NCBI GenBank assembly: GCA_023150935.1
Contig: JAKLJW010000008.1
Span: 1,721 to 65,720 of the forward strand
Source of the DNA: Candidatus Binatia bacterium
GTDB lineage: Bacteria > Desulfobacterota > Binatia > HRBIN30
DNA length: 64,000 nt
Direction: 5' to 3'
The translations under genes and the position numbers were made by a program. The first letter of the stretch is position 1. Each line of letters begins with the position of its first letter. Below, piece after piece: positions 1 to 8,551 of this stretch. The notes beneath the pieces were generated by a model. It was not told where the DNA came from. It saw nothing but the letters and a program-made list of their open reading frames with translations, and made no database searches.

Positions 1-1
1 C

Positions 2-1534
2 GACATGGCGGCATACACGATCAACGTCGCCTCGCTCATCGGCCTCGGGGTCGCTATCGACTACTCCCTGTTCATCGTCAGCCGCTACCGGGACGAACTC
101 GCCGCGGGGGCGGACTACGAGCGGGCGCTCGGCCGGGCGGTGGCGAAGACGGGTCGGGCGGTGGTCTTTTCCGGCGTTGCGGTGGGCGTGGGACTGTCCG
201 GGCTGGTGTTCTTCCGCGGCTCGTTTCTCGCCTCCATGGGCATCGCGGCGGCCATTGTCGTAACGCTGGCGGTCATCTTCGCCCTGACCTTTCTGCCCGC
301 GTTGCTCGCGGTACTCGGCCCGGCAATCGACACCGGCCGGGTAAGCATACCCGGGGCGGGCCGATACGCGGGCCTCTGGCGACGCATCGCGCACTGGGTG
401 ATGAAGCGCCCCGTGCTGGTGCTGTTACCGACCCTGGCGTTCGTGACCATGCTGGGGTTGCCGTTTTGGGATCTGCGTCTGGCGGGCGCCGACGTCACCA
501 CGCTGCCCGCCTCGGTCGAGGCGCGCGAGGGGTTCGAGCTGCTGAAGCGGAGTTTCCCGGACCAGCTCGGCAATCGCATCCTGGTGCTCGTGCGTTTCCC
601 TTCCGCCCCGGTCCTGACGGTACCGAGGGCGCGGGCGCTCTACGATCTCGGCCAGCGCATTCGAGCCCTGCCCGGCGTCCACGACGTCGAGAGCATCGTC
701 GAACTCGGGCCCGAACTGGCGGCCACCCTGGCCACCACGCCGCCCATGTTCCTGCCGCCCGAGGCGCGGCTCGCGCTGAAGGGCACCGTCGGCCGCGACT
801 TCGCGCTGCTGCAGGTATCGAGCGATCTGCCGCCCGCCGGCAAGGAGGCAGCGGCGCTCATCGAAGCCATCCGCGAGCACCGGCAGGTGGCCGACGGCAC
901 CTTACTGGTCGGCGGCAACGCGGCGTTGGATCTCGACACGACCAACTTCATCCTCGAACGGGCGCCGGCGGCGATCGCGTTCGTCGTCGTGGTCACCATG
1001 ATCGTGCTGTTCCTGTCGTTGCGATCGGTGGTGCTCCCGATCAAGGCGGTGGTCATGAACTTCCTGTCGATCACCGCGTCGTTCGGCGCCCTGGTGTGGA
1101 TCTTTCAGGAAGGACACCTGCAGTGGCTGCTGCATTTCCAGGCCGGACCGATCGATCCGACGCTGCCGGTGCTGCTGTTCTGTTCGGTCTTCGGGCTCTC
1201 GATGGACTACGAAGTCCTGATGCTGACCCGGATGCGCGAGGAGTACGACCGCACCGGCGACAACACGCAGGCGGTGGCCGACGGCCTCGAACGAACCGGC
1301 AAGGTGGTCACCAGCGCCGCGGCGATCATGGTCGTCGTCTTCGGCGCATTCGGCCTGTCCCGGGTCGTCGTCGTAAAGGCGATGGGCGTGACGCTGGCAC
1401 TTGCCATCGCCCTCGACGCCACTCTGGTGCGCGTGCTCATCGTACCGGCGACGATGCGTTTATTCGGCGATCTCAACTGGTGGGCCCCGGCCCCCCTGCT
1501 ACGGGTGCTCGATCGGTTGCGCGACGAGGCGTGA
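2..1534 (+). CDS. MMPL / RND-superfamily membrane transporter, C-terminal part (5' end outside window)
   Basis: The frame of ORF 5..1534 is open to the window edge. The profile is polytopic and hydrophobic. The tail ...RLFGDLNWWAPAPLL is characteristic of MMPL exporters. Stop TGA at 1532-1534. Confidence 0.8.
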   Translation, partial: DMAAYTINVASLIGLGVAIDYSLFIVSRYRDELAAGADYERALGRAVAKTGRAVVFSGVAVGVGLSGLVFFRGSFLASMGIAAAIVVTLAVIFALTFLPALLAVLGPAIDTGRVSIPGAGRYAGLWRRIAHWVMKRPVLVLLPTLAFVTMLGLPFWDLRLAGADVTTLPASVEAREGFELLKRSFPDQLGNRILVLVRFPSAPVLTVPRARALYDLGQRIRALPGVHDVESIVELGPELAATLATTPPMFLPPEARLALKGTVGRDFALLQVSSDLPPAGKEAAALIEAIREHRQVADGTLLVGGNAALDLDTTNFILERAPAAIAFVVVVTMIVLFLSLRSVVLPIKAVVMNFLSITASFGALVWIFQEGHLQWLLHFQAGPIDPTLPVLLFCSVFGLSMDYEVLMLTRMREEYDRTGDNTQAVADGLERTGKVVTSAAAIMVVVFGAFGLSRVVVVKAMGVTLALAIALDATLVRVLIVPATMRLFGDLNWWAPAPLLRVLDRLRDEA

Positions 1535-2706
1535 TGCGCATTGCATTCGTCATCGATTCGCTCGACGGACTCGGCGGGGGCGTGGCCACGGCGCGGCGCT
1601 TCGTCGCCGCGCTGCGGCAGCGGCACGACGTCACGCTGGTAACCACGGGTCCCGCCGGCGCGGGCCGGGTGACTGTCCCTGGATTCGAGCTGCCGCTGCA
1701 TGCGATGCGCGCGCAGCAGTTCGCTTTCGGCTGGCCCGTCCGAGCGACGCTGGAACGGGTGTTGGCTGCCGTCGATGTTGTCCACCTGCAGTTCCCGTTC
1801 TTGCTCAGCTTCGCGGCGCTGCGCATCGCGCGCAGGCGGGGCCTGCCGGTGGTCGCTTCCTTCAATGTCCAGCCCGAGAACCTACTGCACGGCCTCGGCA
1901 TCCGTGCGCCGTGGCTCAACCGGTTTGCCTATCGCCTGTGGACCCGCGCCTTCTACGAACGCGCCGACCTGGTTTTGTGTCCGACCGCGTTCGCGGAAGA
2001 GCTGCTGCGCGAGCACGGCCTTCGCAAACCGGTGGCGATCGTGTCGAACGGCGCACCGCCGGGGTGGGGGCGTGCGACCCCCCGGCAGCCGCCGGCACCG
2101 GATGCTCCTGTGCACGTTCTCTCCGTCGGGCGCTTCGCGCGCGAGAAGCGCCACGACGTCATTCTCGAAGCCGTCGCGCGCTCGCGGCACCGGGCCCGGT
2201 TACGGTTGGCGTTCGCGGGCGCCGGGCCTCTCGACCGGGAGATCCGCGCTCATGCGGCGCGCCTGGGCCTACCACTGGATATCGAGTACGCGTCGCCCGA
2301 GCGTCTGCGCGCCCTGTACGAGGAGGCCACCGTGTTCGTCCACGCCAGCGAGGTCGAGCTGGAGGGCATGGCCGTGGTCGAGGCGCTGGTCATGGGGCTG
2401 CCGCTGCTGCTCGCCGACGCGCCCGCCAACGCCTCGGCGCGCTATGCGCCCGGCCCCGACTTCCTGTTCCGGAGCGGCGATCCGGCGGCACTTGCGGCGC
2501 GCCTCGACGCGCTCCTCGACGACCCCGAGGCGTACGCGGCCGCGAGCGCGTTCTGCGTCAAGCTCGCTCCGCAGTTCGACTTCGCCACCTGCGTGCGCCA
2601 GCTCGAACGCGCCTACGCCCGCGTCGTCGAGCAGGCCGCCGCCGCCGAAGCGGCGCCGGTCAAAGGCGACCGCCCCGACGTTCCGCCGCGGCTCGCGGCG
2701 GAGTGA
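1534..2706 (+). CDS. Glycosyltransferase, GT-B fold (GT4-like)
   Basis: In-frame ATG at 1534 inside track ORF 466..2706, overlapping the MMPL stop as TGATG. N-terminus MRIAFVIDSLDGLGGG. C-terminal EVELEGMAVVEALVMGLPLL matches the E-x7-E motif of retaining GT4/GT1 enzymes. Confidence 0.8.
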   Translation: MRIAFVIDSLDGLGGGVATARRFVAALRQRHDVTLVTTGPAGAGRVTVPGFELPLHAMRAQQFAFGWPVRATLERVLAAVDVVHLQFPFLLSFAALRIARRRGLPVVASFNVQPENLLHGLGIRAPWLNRFAYRLWTRAFYERADLVLCPTAFAEELLREHGLRKPVAIVSNGAPPGWGRATPRQPPAPDAPVHVLSVGRFAREKRHDVILEAVARSRHRARLRLAFAGAGPLDREIRAHAARLGLPLDIEYASPERLRALYEEATVFVHASEVELEGMAVVEALVMGLPLLLADAPANASARYAPGPDFLFRSGDPAALAARLDALLDDPEAYAAASAFCVKLAPQFDFATCVRQLERAYARVVEQAAAAEAAPVKGDRPDVPPRLAAE

Positions 2707-2718
2707 ACACGGCCCCGG

Positions 2719-3333
2719 TCAGTCGCCGCGAACGATACCCTGCTGCATCATTTTCTTGACGACGAGATCCGCCAGCTCGGTCTTCTCCGAGCGCGGATCG
2801 CGGAACGCCTTGGTTTCCGTTGTCGCCGACCAGACACGTTGCGCCGTGCGGCTATCGAAGACGATGCTCTCGAGCGTGACCAGCGCGTATTCGGCCGGCG
2901 GGGGCGCCATCGCGGCTCGGTAGTAACCGAAAAAGTCCCCCGCGTTCGAGCGGTCGCCATAGCGAGCCGTCGGAGCATTGGCGCCGGCACTGCGCCTGTC
3001 GACGTCACGGATGCGCACGGCCAGCACGGCATCGAGATGGGCATCCGCGACGATCCGTTCGACGGTCGGCCGATCGATCGGGGCGCCGGCGGGAATCACT
3101 TCGTAGTCGGGCACGGCCGTCACGCCGCGTGCGCGCAACGCCTGCACGAATGCACCCTCGATGGTCCGCCGCAAATCCTGGTTAGCGGTGACCGCTACGA
3201 CCAGCACCGAGGCGTAGGCCGGCTTCGGGCGATCCGGGTCCTGCCACACCTCGACCATCCGACTGCGCGAACACGCCGCCGCCGCCGCAACCGCCAACAC
3301 GGTCAGTGCCAGATAGATCCGCCGAATCGCCAT
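2719..3333 (-). CDS. Putative lipoprotein, function unknown
   Basis: N-terminus MAIRRIYLALTVLAVAAAAAC reads as a signal peptide plus lipobox-like Cys. It lies 14 bp downstream of the ACAD gene on the same strand. No catalytic motif recognised. Confidence 0.55.
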   Translation of the reverse strand: MAIRRIYLALTVLAVAAAAACSRSRMVEVWQDPDRPKPAYASVLVVAVTANQDLRRTIEGAFVQALRARGVTAVPDYEVIPAGAPIDRPTVERIVADAHLDAVLAVRIRDVDRRSAGANAPTARYGDRSNAGDFFGYYRAAMAPPPAEYALVTLESIVFDSRTAQRVWSATTETKAFRDPRSEKTELADLVVKKMMQQGIVRGD

Positions 3334-3346
3334 GCCGCTCGTCCTC

Positions 3347-4507
3347 TCACAGCCCCAACTGCCGCGAGGCCAGTTCTTTCATGATCTCCTCCGCGCCGCC
3401 GCCGATGGCATTGACCTTGACCTCGCGGTAGATGCGCTCGACCCGGGTGCCGCGCATGTAGCCCATACCGCCGTGGATCTGCACCGCCTCCGACGCGCAG
3501 AAGGCCATGGTTTGCGTCGCCTGGTTCTTCAGCATGGCGATGTCTGCAACCGGCGAGTCACCGTTCTGTATCCGCCACGCCAGCATTTCGAGGTACGCCT
3601 GGGTGGCGTTGATGCGCATCGCCATGTCGACCAGCTTGTGGCGGATAACCTGCTGGTGCATGAGCGGCTTACCGAAGACCATCCGTTGCCGCGCCCAGGC
3701 GATGGCTTCCTCGAGGCAGACGCGCGAGAACGCGTTGGCGCTGGCGGCCATGCCGATCCGTTCGCCGTTGAAATTGAGCATGATGCCGAGGAAGCCCATG
3801 TTTTCTTCGCCGATCAGATTGGTGACGGGCACGCGCACGTCGTCGAAGATCAACGTCGCGGTGTCGGAAGCCCACCAGCCCATTTTCTTCAGCGGCGTCC
3901 GCGTGAAGCCGGGCATGTCCTTTTCCAGCAGCAGGAGAGAGATGCCGCCCATGCCGGGCCCGCCGGTGCGCACCGCAACGGTGACGAAGTCGGCGCGCAT
4001 GCCGGAGGTAATGAAGGTCTTGCTGCCGTTGACGACGTAGTGGTCGCCGTCGCGGCGTGCGCTGGTGCGCAAGCTGGCGACGTCGGAGCCGGCGTCCGGT
4101 TCGGTAATCGCGAGGGCGCTGATCTTGTCGCCGGCGAGAACGGGCGGGAGCACGCGGCGTTTCATTTCCTCGCTGCCGAGGCGGGCGATCGGCGGACAAC
4201 CGATGCCGTGGCTCATAAGACTGGCGGAAATGCCACCGGACCCCGCGCGGGCGAGTTCCTGCGCGGCGACAATGGCGAAGAAGAGATCGGCGGGCGTTCC
4301 TCCGTACTCCTCGGGAAAGCCCGCGCCGATCAGGCCGACGGCGGCAGCTTTCTTGTAGAGTTCGCGGGGAAACCCTTCGGCCTCGTCCCACTCGTCGACG
4401 TGGGGGGTGATTTCCTGCTCGACGAAGCGGCGGATGGTGGCGCGGAATTCCTCGTGGCTGGGGGTATAAAACGGGCTCATCGGGGGGTCCCACAAACTCA
4501 TGTGCAT
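3347..4507 (-). CDS. Acyl-CoA dehydrogenase
   Basis: 386-aa ORF with an ACAD family pattern throughout: ...ALAITEPDAGSDVASL..., YVVNGSKTFITSG, QIHGGMGYMRGTRVERIYREVKVNAIGGGAEEIM. Confidence 0.9.
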   Translation of the reverse strand: MHMSLWDPPMSPFYTPSHEEFRATIRRFVEQEITPHVDEWDEAEGFPRELYKKAAAVGLIGAGFPEEYGGTPADLFFAIVAAQELARAGSGGISASLMSHGIGCPPIARLGSEEMKRRVLPPVLAGDKISALAITEPDAGSDVASLRTSARRDGDHYVVNGSKTFITSGMRADFVTVAVRTGGPGMGGISLLLLEKDMPGFTRTPLKKMGWWASDTATLIFDDVRVPVTNLIGEENMGFLGIMLNFNGERIGMAASANAFSRVCLEEAIAWARQRMVFGKPLMHQQVIRHKLVDMAMRINATQAYLEMLAWRIQNGDSPVADIAMLKNQATQTMAFCASEAVQIHGGMGYMRGTRVERIYREVKVNAIGGGAEEIMKELASRQLGL

Positions 4508-4855
4508 CCTCTTTCGACCGGCTCACCGCCGCTACGCGGCCACAGGCGTTCGCTGGTTTGCCGACGAGACGCACGACGCGCCGTCCCATCGGCGTTCCGT
4601 CTTGACGGAAGTTCGCCGCCGGCGCAAGCCACCCGTACCGCACCGATCGTCCCAGGCAGCGCCGTCATCTCGGCGCGGGGCAGCGCCCGCAGCCCAAAGC
4701 GAACAACCAGCCCGTTCGCCCCTGCCGAGCCTGTCCCTCGATACGCCGCCTGAGAAGACGGCTGCTACTCGGGACGAACGGCAGGACACAGCCCTTACAT
4801 GGCCTGAAGATTTCTTCGCGCAGTGCGCGCAAACGCGGAATTCGTAAATCGGATC

Positions 4856-5575
4856 CTATCGCCGCGCGACGCGCCGGTCGCAGCGGAGGAACGCCGAGTC
4901 GGCCAGCCACTGGCGGTCGGGGTAGTACGCGAACACGGCCGTGCCGTCCTTGATACGGTCGATCACCGCGTCGTGCACTCCGAGAGGTAGCGCCGGGCAG
5001 CCCCAACTGCGCCCGAGCCGGCCGTGTTCCGCCAGATACGCCTCGCTGACGTACGGCGCCCCGTGCACCACGATCGCCCGATCCTCGGCGCGATCGTTAA
5101 CCCCCCACTCGAGCCCCGACAGGCGCAACGACTGTCCGTGCCGGCCCCAGTACGTCTGCTCGGTTCGAAACAGACCCAGACTCGATTGCCGCGAGCCCGG
5201 CGTGTTCGAGAAGGCCACCGCGTACGCTTCGCCGCTGCCCTCGCCGTGCGCCACCAGCTCGTTGAACAGCACCGTTCCGCGGTCGACGTCGATCACCCAG
5301 AGCCGGCGCGCCGCCGACGGCAGAGAGTAATCGATGACCGTCAACAAACTCCCCTGGAAATGCCCCGCGGAACGACCGCACTCGAAGGCTCTGAGCGCCA
5401 GGTCGAGCACTTCGGCGCGCGGACCCGAGGCTTCCATAGCGGACGGTACCGGGCGCCACGGCTCCTTCGTCCACCGCTTCGACGTCGACTGGTATCGGGG
5501 TGTCGCGCAGGCCGCAAGCGCCGTCGCCGCCGCCACCGCAACCACCACCACCTGGAGGACGCTTTTGCCCTTCAC
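4856..5575 (-). CDS. L,D-transpeptidase-like catalytic-domain protein (YkuD_2 type), probable lipoprotein
   Basis: GTG at 5575 is preceded by AGGAGG at 6-nt spacing. Signal/lipobox ...AAATALAAC. C-terminal VVHGAPYVSEAYLAEHGRLGRSWGCPAL matches the His/Cys active-site context of murein L,D-transpeptidase catalytic-domain family proteins. The track ORF start (5686) is probably an over-extension. Confidence 0.7.
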   Translation of the reverse strand: MKGKSVLQVVVVAVAAATALAACATPRYQSTSKRWTKEPWRPVPSAMEASGPRAEVLDLALRAFECGRSAGHFQGSLLTVIDYSLPSAARRLWVIDVDRGTVLFNELVAHGEGSGEAYAVAFSNTPGSRQSSLGLFRTEQTYWGRHGQSLRLSGLEWGVNDRAEDRAIVVHGAPYVSEAYLAEHGRLGRSWGCPALPLGVHDAVIDRIKDGTAVFAYYPDRQWLADSAFLRCDRRVARR

Positions 5576-5760
5576 TCCCGCCTCCTGAGCGTTGCGCGCC
5601 ACGCTTCTTATGCGGATCCGGAAACCGCTGCAAGGTATTTTTTCGAGTCGAAAGCCGAGACCAGCAACCGAAAGGGTGTTGCTCAATGTACCCGACTCCG
5701 GTTATCTGGGAGACGGATGCAGCGGAGATGAACCGACCTGGGCGGGGGAGGAAGTACGTA

Positions 5761-7533
5761 ATGGCGGTACAAGGGCAGCGCGATCGCCCACCGACTCGGG
5801 CGATGCGGGCGAGCCCGGCATCGTGCGCCCCGTCGGAAACGAGATCATTCGGTCTTGCAGTCGCCGCGGTGTTCTTGAGTATCGTCTGCGCGACACCGCT
5901 GCGCGCCGCACTCGACCCGGGAGCCGTCGCGCCGGCAGTCACGACGATGCTCGGGCGGCCGACGCCGCTGCTCGTCGACGGCACCGTGCTCGACGCCGAG
6001 ACTTTGCGGTTCGCTTACGAAGCGCGCGCCGGAGCGCCACTCTGGGTGGCTCGCGGCAAGGACGACGAGCAGCGGGTTCGCGCCGTGGCCGACGTGTTGG
6101 CCGCGGCGAACGGTGAAGGCCTCGACCCGCGCGCCTATCACGTCGGCCTCATCCAGCGCCGGCTCGGCACCGAAGAGCCTACCGGGCTCGTCGAGCTCGA
6201 GTTGCTGCTCTCCGACGGCGTCTTGCGATACGCCGCCCATCAGACCCGCGGCGTCAACCCGCCGCGGTATGGCAACGGAGAGCTAGGCTTCGAACGCGAA
6301 GCGCTCGACGCCCGGGGAACCCTGCTCGGCATCGCGGAAGCGCCGGACCCGGCGCGGGCTCTGCGCGACCTGGCGCCGCAACACGCCGGATATGCGCGCC
6401 TGCGCGACACGCTGCGCAACTACCGCGAGATCCAGAAAGCCGGCGGCTGGCCCACCCTACCCGACGGACCGAAGCTGGAAGTGGGCATGAGTGACGCGGC
6501 CGTCCCGGCCCTGCGCCAACGCCTGGCGGCGACCGCGGAATACGACGGCGCTCCGTCCGACTCCAGAATCCTCGACGCGGCGCTCGTCGACGCGCTGAAA
6601 CGGTTCCAAACGCGCAACGGATTGCTCGCCGACGGAATCCTCGGCAAAGGAAGCCGGGCGGCGTTGAACGTTTCTGTCGATCGGCACATCGACCAGATCG
6701 TCGTCAACATGGAGCGCTGGCGATGGCTTGGTCCCACGCTCGGCGACCGTCACGTCAAGGTCAACGTCCCGGCCTTCGCGCTCGAACTCGTCGAGAACAG
6801 CAAGGCCGTGATGGCGATGCCCGTCGTGGTCGGCAAGCAGAACCAGCGCACTCCGAATTTCAGCAGCGAGATCCGCCAGCTCGTGTTCAACCCCTCCTGG
6901 TTCATCCCGCCGAGCATCGCTCGCGCCGAGATCATGCCCAAAGCGCGCGTCGACTCGACGTACCTGAGCCGCAACGGTTACGTCGTGCGTTACGCCGCCG
7001 CGCCGACTCCGGCGACCGCGACCGACGCTGCCGCAGGGCCGCCACCCCCTTCGCCGGCGCCGCGGGTGATCGGCCTCAAGCAGCCGCCGGGTCCGAAGAA
7101 TCCGCTCGGACGCGTGAAGTTCGACCTACCGAACGCCTTCGGCGTGTATCTGCACGACACGCCGTCGCGTGCCAGCATTCAGCAGAGCGGCCGCGCCGCC
7201 AGTCACGGCTGCATCCGGCTCAGCAACGCCCTCGGCCTTGCCGATGCGCTCCTTACCGACAGCGGCGGCCTGTCCGACGCGCGGCGCAAGAAACTGCTGT
7301 CGACCTGGCAGACAAAGACCGTCACGCTGTCGCAGCCGGTCCCCGTGCACATCGTGTACGAAACCGTCTGGGTCGACGACAGCGGCGTCGTACACACACG
7401 TCCGGACGTCTACGGGCGCGACGACAAGCTGAAGAAGCAACTCACCGAGGCGCGGTCGGCACGGCCGACGGTCTACGCCCGCCGGCAGCCCGAGCCCCCG
7501 ATCGACGCCGAAAAGACCGTCGCCGCACCGTAA
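5761..7533 (+). CDS. L,D-transpeptidase with peptidoglycan-binding domain (YcbB/LdtD-like)
   Basis: ATG at 5761 is preceded by GGGGGAGGAAG. PG_binding_1-like segment LRQRLAATAEY...LKRFQTRNGLLADGILG. YkuD catalytic motif ...VYLHDTPSRASIQQSGRAASHGCIRLSNA. An alternative start exists at 5803. Confidence 0.85.
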   Translation: MAVQGQRDRPPTRAMRASPASCAPSETRSFGLAVAAVFLSIVCATPLRAALDPGAVAPAVTTMLGRPTPLLVDGTVLDAETLRFAYEARAGAPLWVARGKDDEQRVRAVADVLAAANGEGLDPRAYHVGLIQRRLGTEEPTGLVELELLLSDGVLRYAAHQTRGVNPPRYGNGELGFEREALDARGTLLGIAEAPDPARALRDLAPQHAGYARLRDTLRNYREIQKAGGWPTLPDGPKLEVGMSDAAVPALRQRLAATAEYDGAPSDSRILDAALVDALKRFQTRNGLLADGILGKGSRAALNVSVDRHIDQIVVNMERWRWLGPTLGDRHVKVNVPAFALELVENSKAVMAMPVVVGKQNQRTPNFSSEIRQLVFNPSWFIPPSIARAEIMPKARVDSTYLSRNGYVVRYAAAPTPATATDAAAGPPPPSPAPRVIGLKQPPGPKNPLGRVKFDLPNAFGVYLHDTPSRASIQQSGRAASHGCIRLSNALGLADALLTDSGGLSDARRKKLLSTWQTKTVTLSQPVPVHIVYETVWVDDSGVVHTRPDVYGRDDKLKKQLTEARSARPTVYARRQPEPPIDAEKTVAAP

Positions 7534-7541
7534 GTCCGCGC

Positions 7542-7571
7542 CCTTGCGAGCCCGGAACCACGCTCGCAAGG
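7542..7571 (+). terminator. Perfect 10-bp stem hairpin 9 bp after the ldt stop
   Basis: ccttgcgagc (7542-7551) pairs with gctcgcaagg (7562-7571) around a 10-nt loop. There is no U-tract, so the intrinsic-terminator call is tentative. Confidence 0.4.
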
Positions 7572-7743
7572 TGCGAGGCCAGCCGAGGCTCAGTCGGCGC
7601 ATCGGCAGCGGTCATCCTTCCCCAATCGGGATTCTGGAAAACTCGGCGTCGTCTTTCGAGCCAGCGGAACCGGCTTGCGAGCCCCCCGCATGAGCCTCGA
7701 TTGCAGTAATGCGTCCGTGCTAATGAGGAGACGGAGAAAGGCA

Positions 7744-7986
7744 ATGCGGTACTCGGTGTTTCTGGAACCGGTCGAAGAAGCAGGCTTTGACGGGTTTTAC
7801 TACGCGCATATTCCGGTCCTGGACCTCACGACCCACGGTCCCGGAGTCGAAGGTGCGCTCGCTGCTGCGCGCGACCTGGCTCGAGCGTGGGTTGCCGAAA
7901 AGCGCTGTCATGGAGACCCGCTGCCCGTCGAAACCACGGCTTTGATCGGTCACATCGACCTTCCCGATACCGTACTCGCCCCGTGA
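7744..7986 (+). CDS. hicB: HicB-family antitoxin (UPF0150)
   Basis: ATG at 7744 is preceded by [56 protein letters not shown] matches the HicB N-terminal fold pattern (MRY..v.e....gy.a.vPdlpgc.t.G.t.eEA). Confidence 0.8.
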   Translation: MRYSVFLEPVEEAGFDGFYYAHIPVLDLTTHGPGVEGALAAARDLARAWVAEKRCHGDPLPVETTALIGHIDLPDTVLAP

Positions 7987-8173
7987 GGTCCTGACGCGGC
8001 TTCTCCGTGCGGGCTTTGTCGAGGTTCACCAGACAGGTAGCCACAAGGTGCTTCGCCATCCCGACGGTCGCCAGACGTACGTGGCGATGCACACCGCGAC
8101 GCTTCCCACCGGAACCTTCCGCAAGATTCTGAAGCAGGCAGGTCTGACCGAGGAGGAGTTCCGAGATCTGTAG
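7967..8173 (+). pseudogene. hicA: HicA-family mRNA-interferase toxin ORF lacking a canonical start codon
   Basis: The frame is open only over 7946-8173. It translates ...[63 protein letters not shown], with the HicA GSH and ILKQAGL signatures. There is no ATG/GTG/TTG before GTG 8048, which would delete the GSH motif. ATA at 7967 is one transition away from ATG. Not in the ORF track. Confidence 0.6.
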
Positions 8174-8200
8174 GTTTCCGATTCCGTCCCGACCCTGCTC

Positions 8201-8340
8201 GGTTCCCTCTCCCTCAACTTCTGCTTCGAAAATCCGGGAGGGCAAGCGCAATGGCGGGTAGCCATCGGGGTCGGCATCGGTATCGGAATCGGTATCGATT
8301 CGAATGCCTCGATCCCGATAGCGATTCCGACCCCGACCCC
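8201..8340. repeat. Composite repeat, left copy: palindromic hexamer-repeat element (core 8241-8340)
   Basis: The core ggcaagcgcaatggcgggtagccatcggggtcggcatcggtatcggaatcggtatcgat...cgatagcgattccgaccccgacccc is about 90 percent identical to 20032-20125, apart from a 6-nt indel. It consists of tandem ATCGGN hexamers on one arm and their complement on the other. Confidence 0.85.
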
Positions 8341-8403
8341 GCAGAGGGCACCACATTTTCATCCTCTTCAGACGACCGCCAGGTCATGGGCGGCATGTGC
8401 GGC

Positions 8404-8435
8404 AACGCGCGCGGAGCGCGCGTTCCACCCGGGCG
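8404..8435. repeat. GC hairpin repeat, left copy (aacgcgcgc-gga-gcgcgcgtt + ccacccgggcg)
   Basis: A 9-bp perfect stem with a 3-nt loop. The same sequence occurs at 20534-20566 (two substitutions in the tail). Both copies lie just 3' of a minus-strand gene end (8552 and 20575), so it may act as a terminator. No U-tract. Confidence 0.7.
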
Positions 8436-8551
8436 ACTCGACTCCCCGCTTGCACCACCTGCCGCACGGGGATCCCGGCGTGCCACTGGCGCCCTGCCGG
8501 CCAGGGAAGTCGAAATCGTCGCGCCGGGCACACATCCGCGGGAATCGCAAC

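Noticed and set aside
466-1533. N-terminal 356 residues of track ORF 466..2706
   Set aside because: It overlaps the well-supported MMPL gene in another frame and is Arg/Gly/Pro/Ala-rich low-complexity sequence. Recognisable glycosyltransferase sequence begins only at the ATG at 1534.
8241-8340. Hexamer/palindromic repeats as a possible CRISPR array
   Set aside because: The units are 6 nt and contiguous, with no spacers. There are only two dispersed copies and no cas genes in the window.
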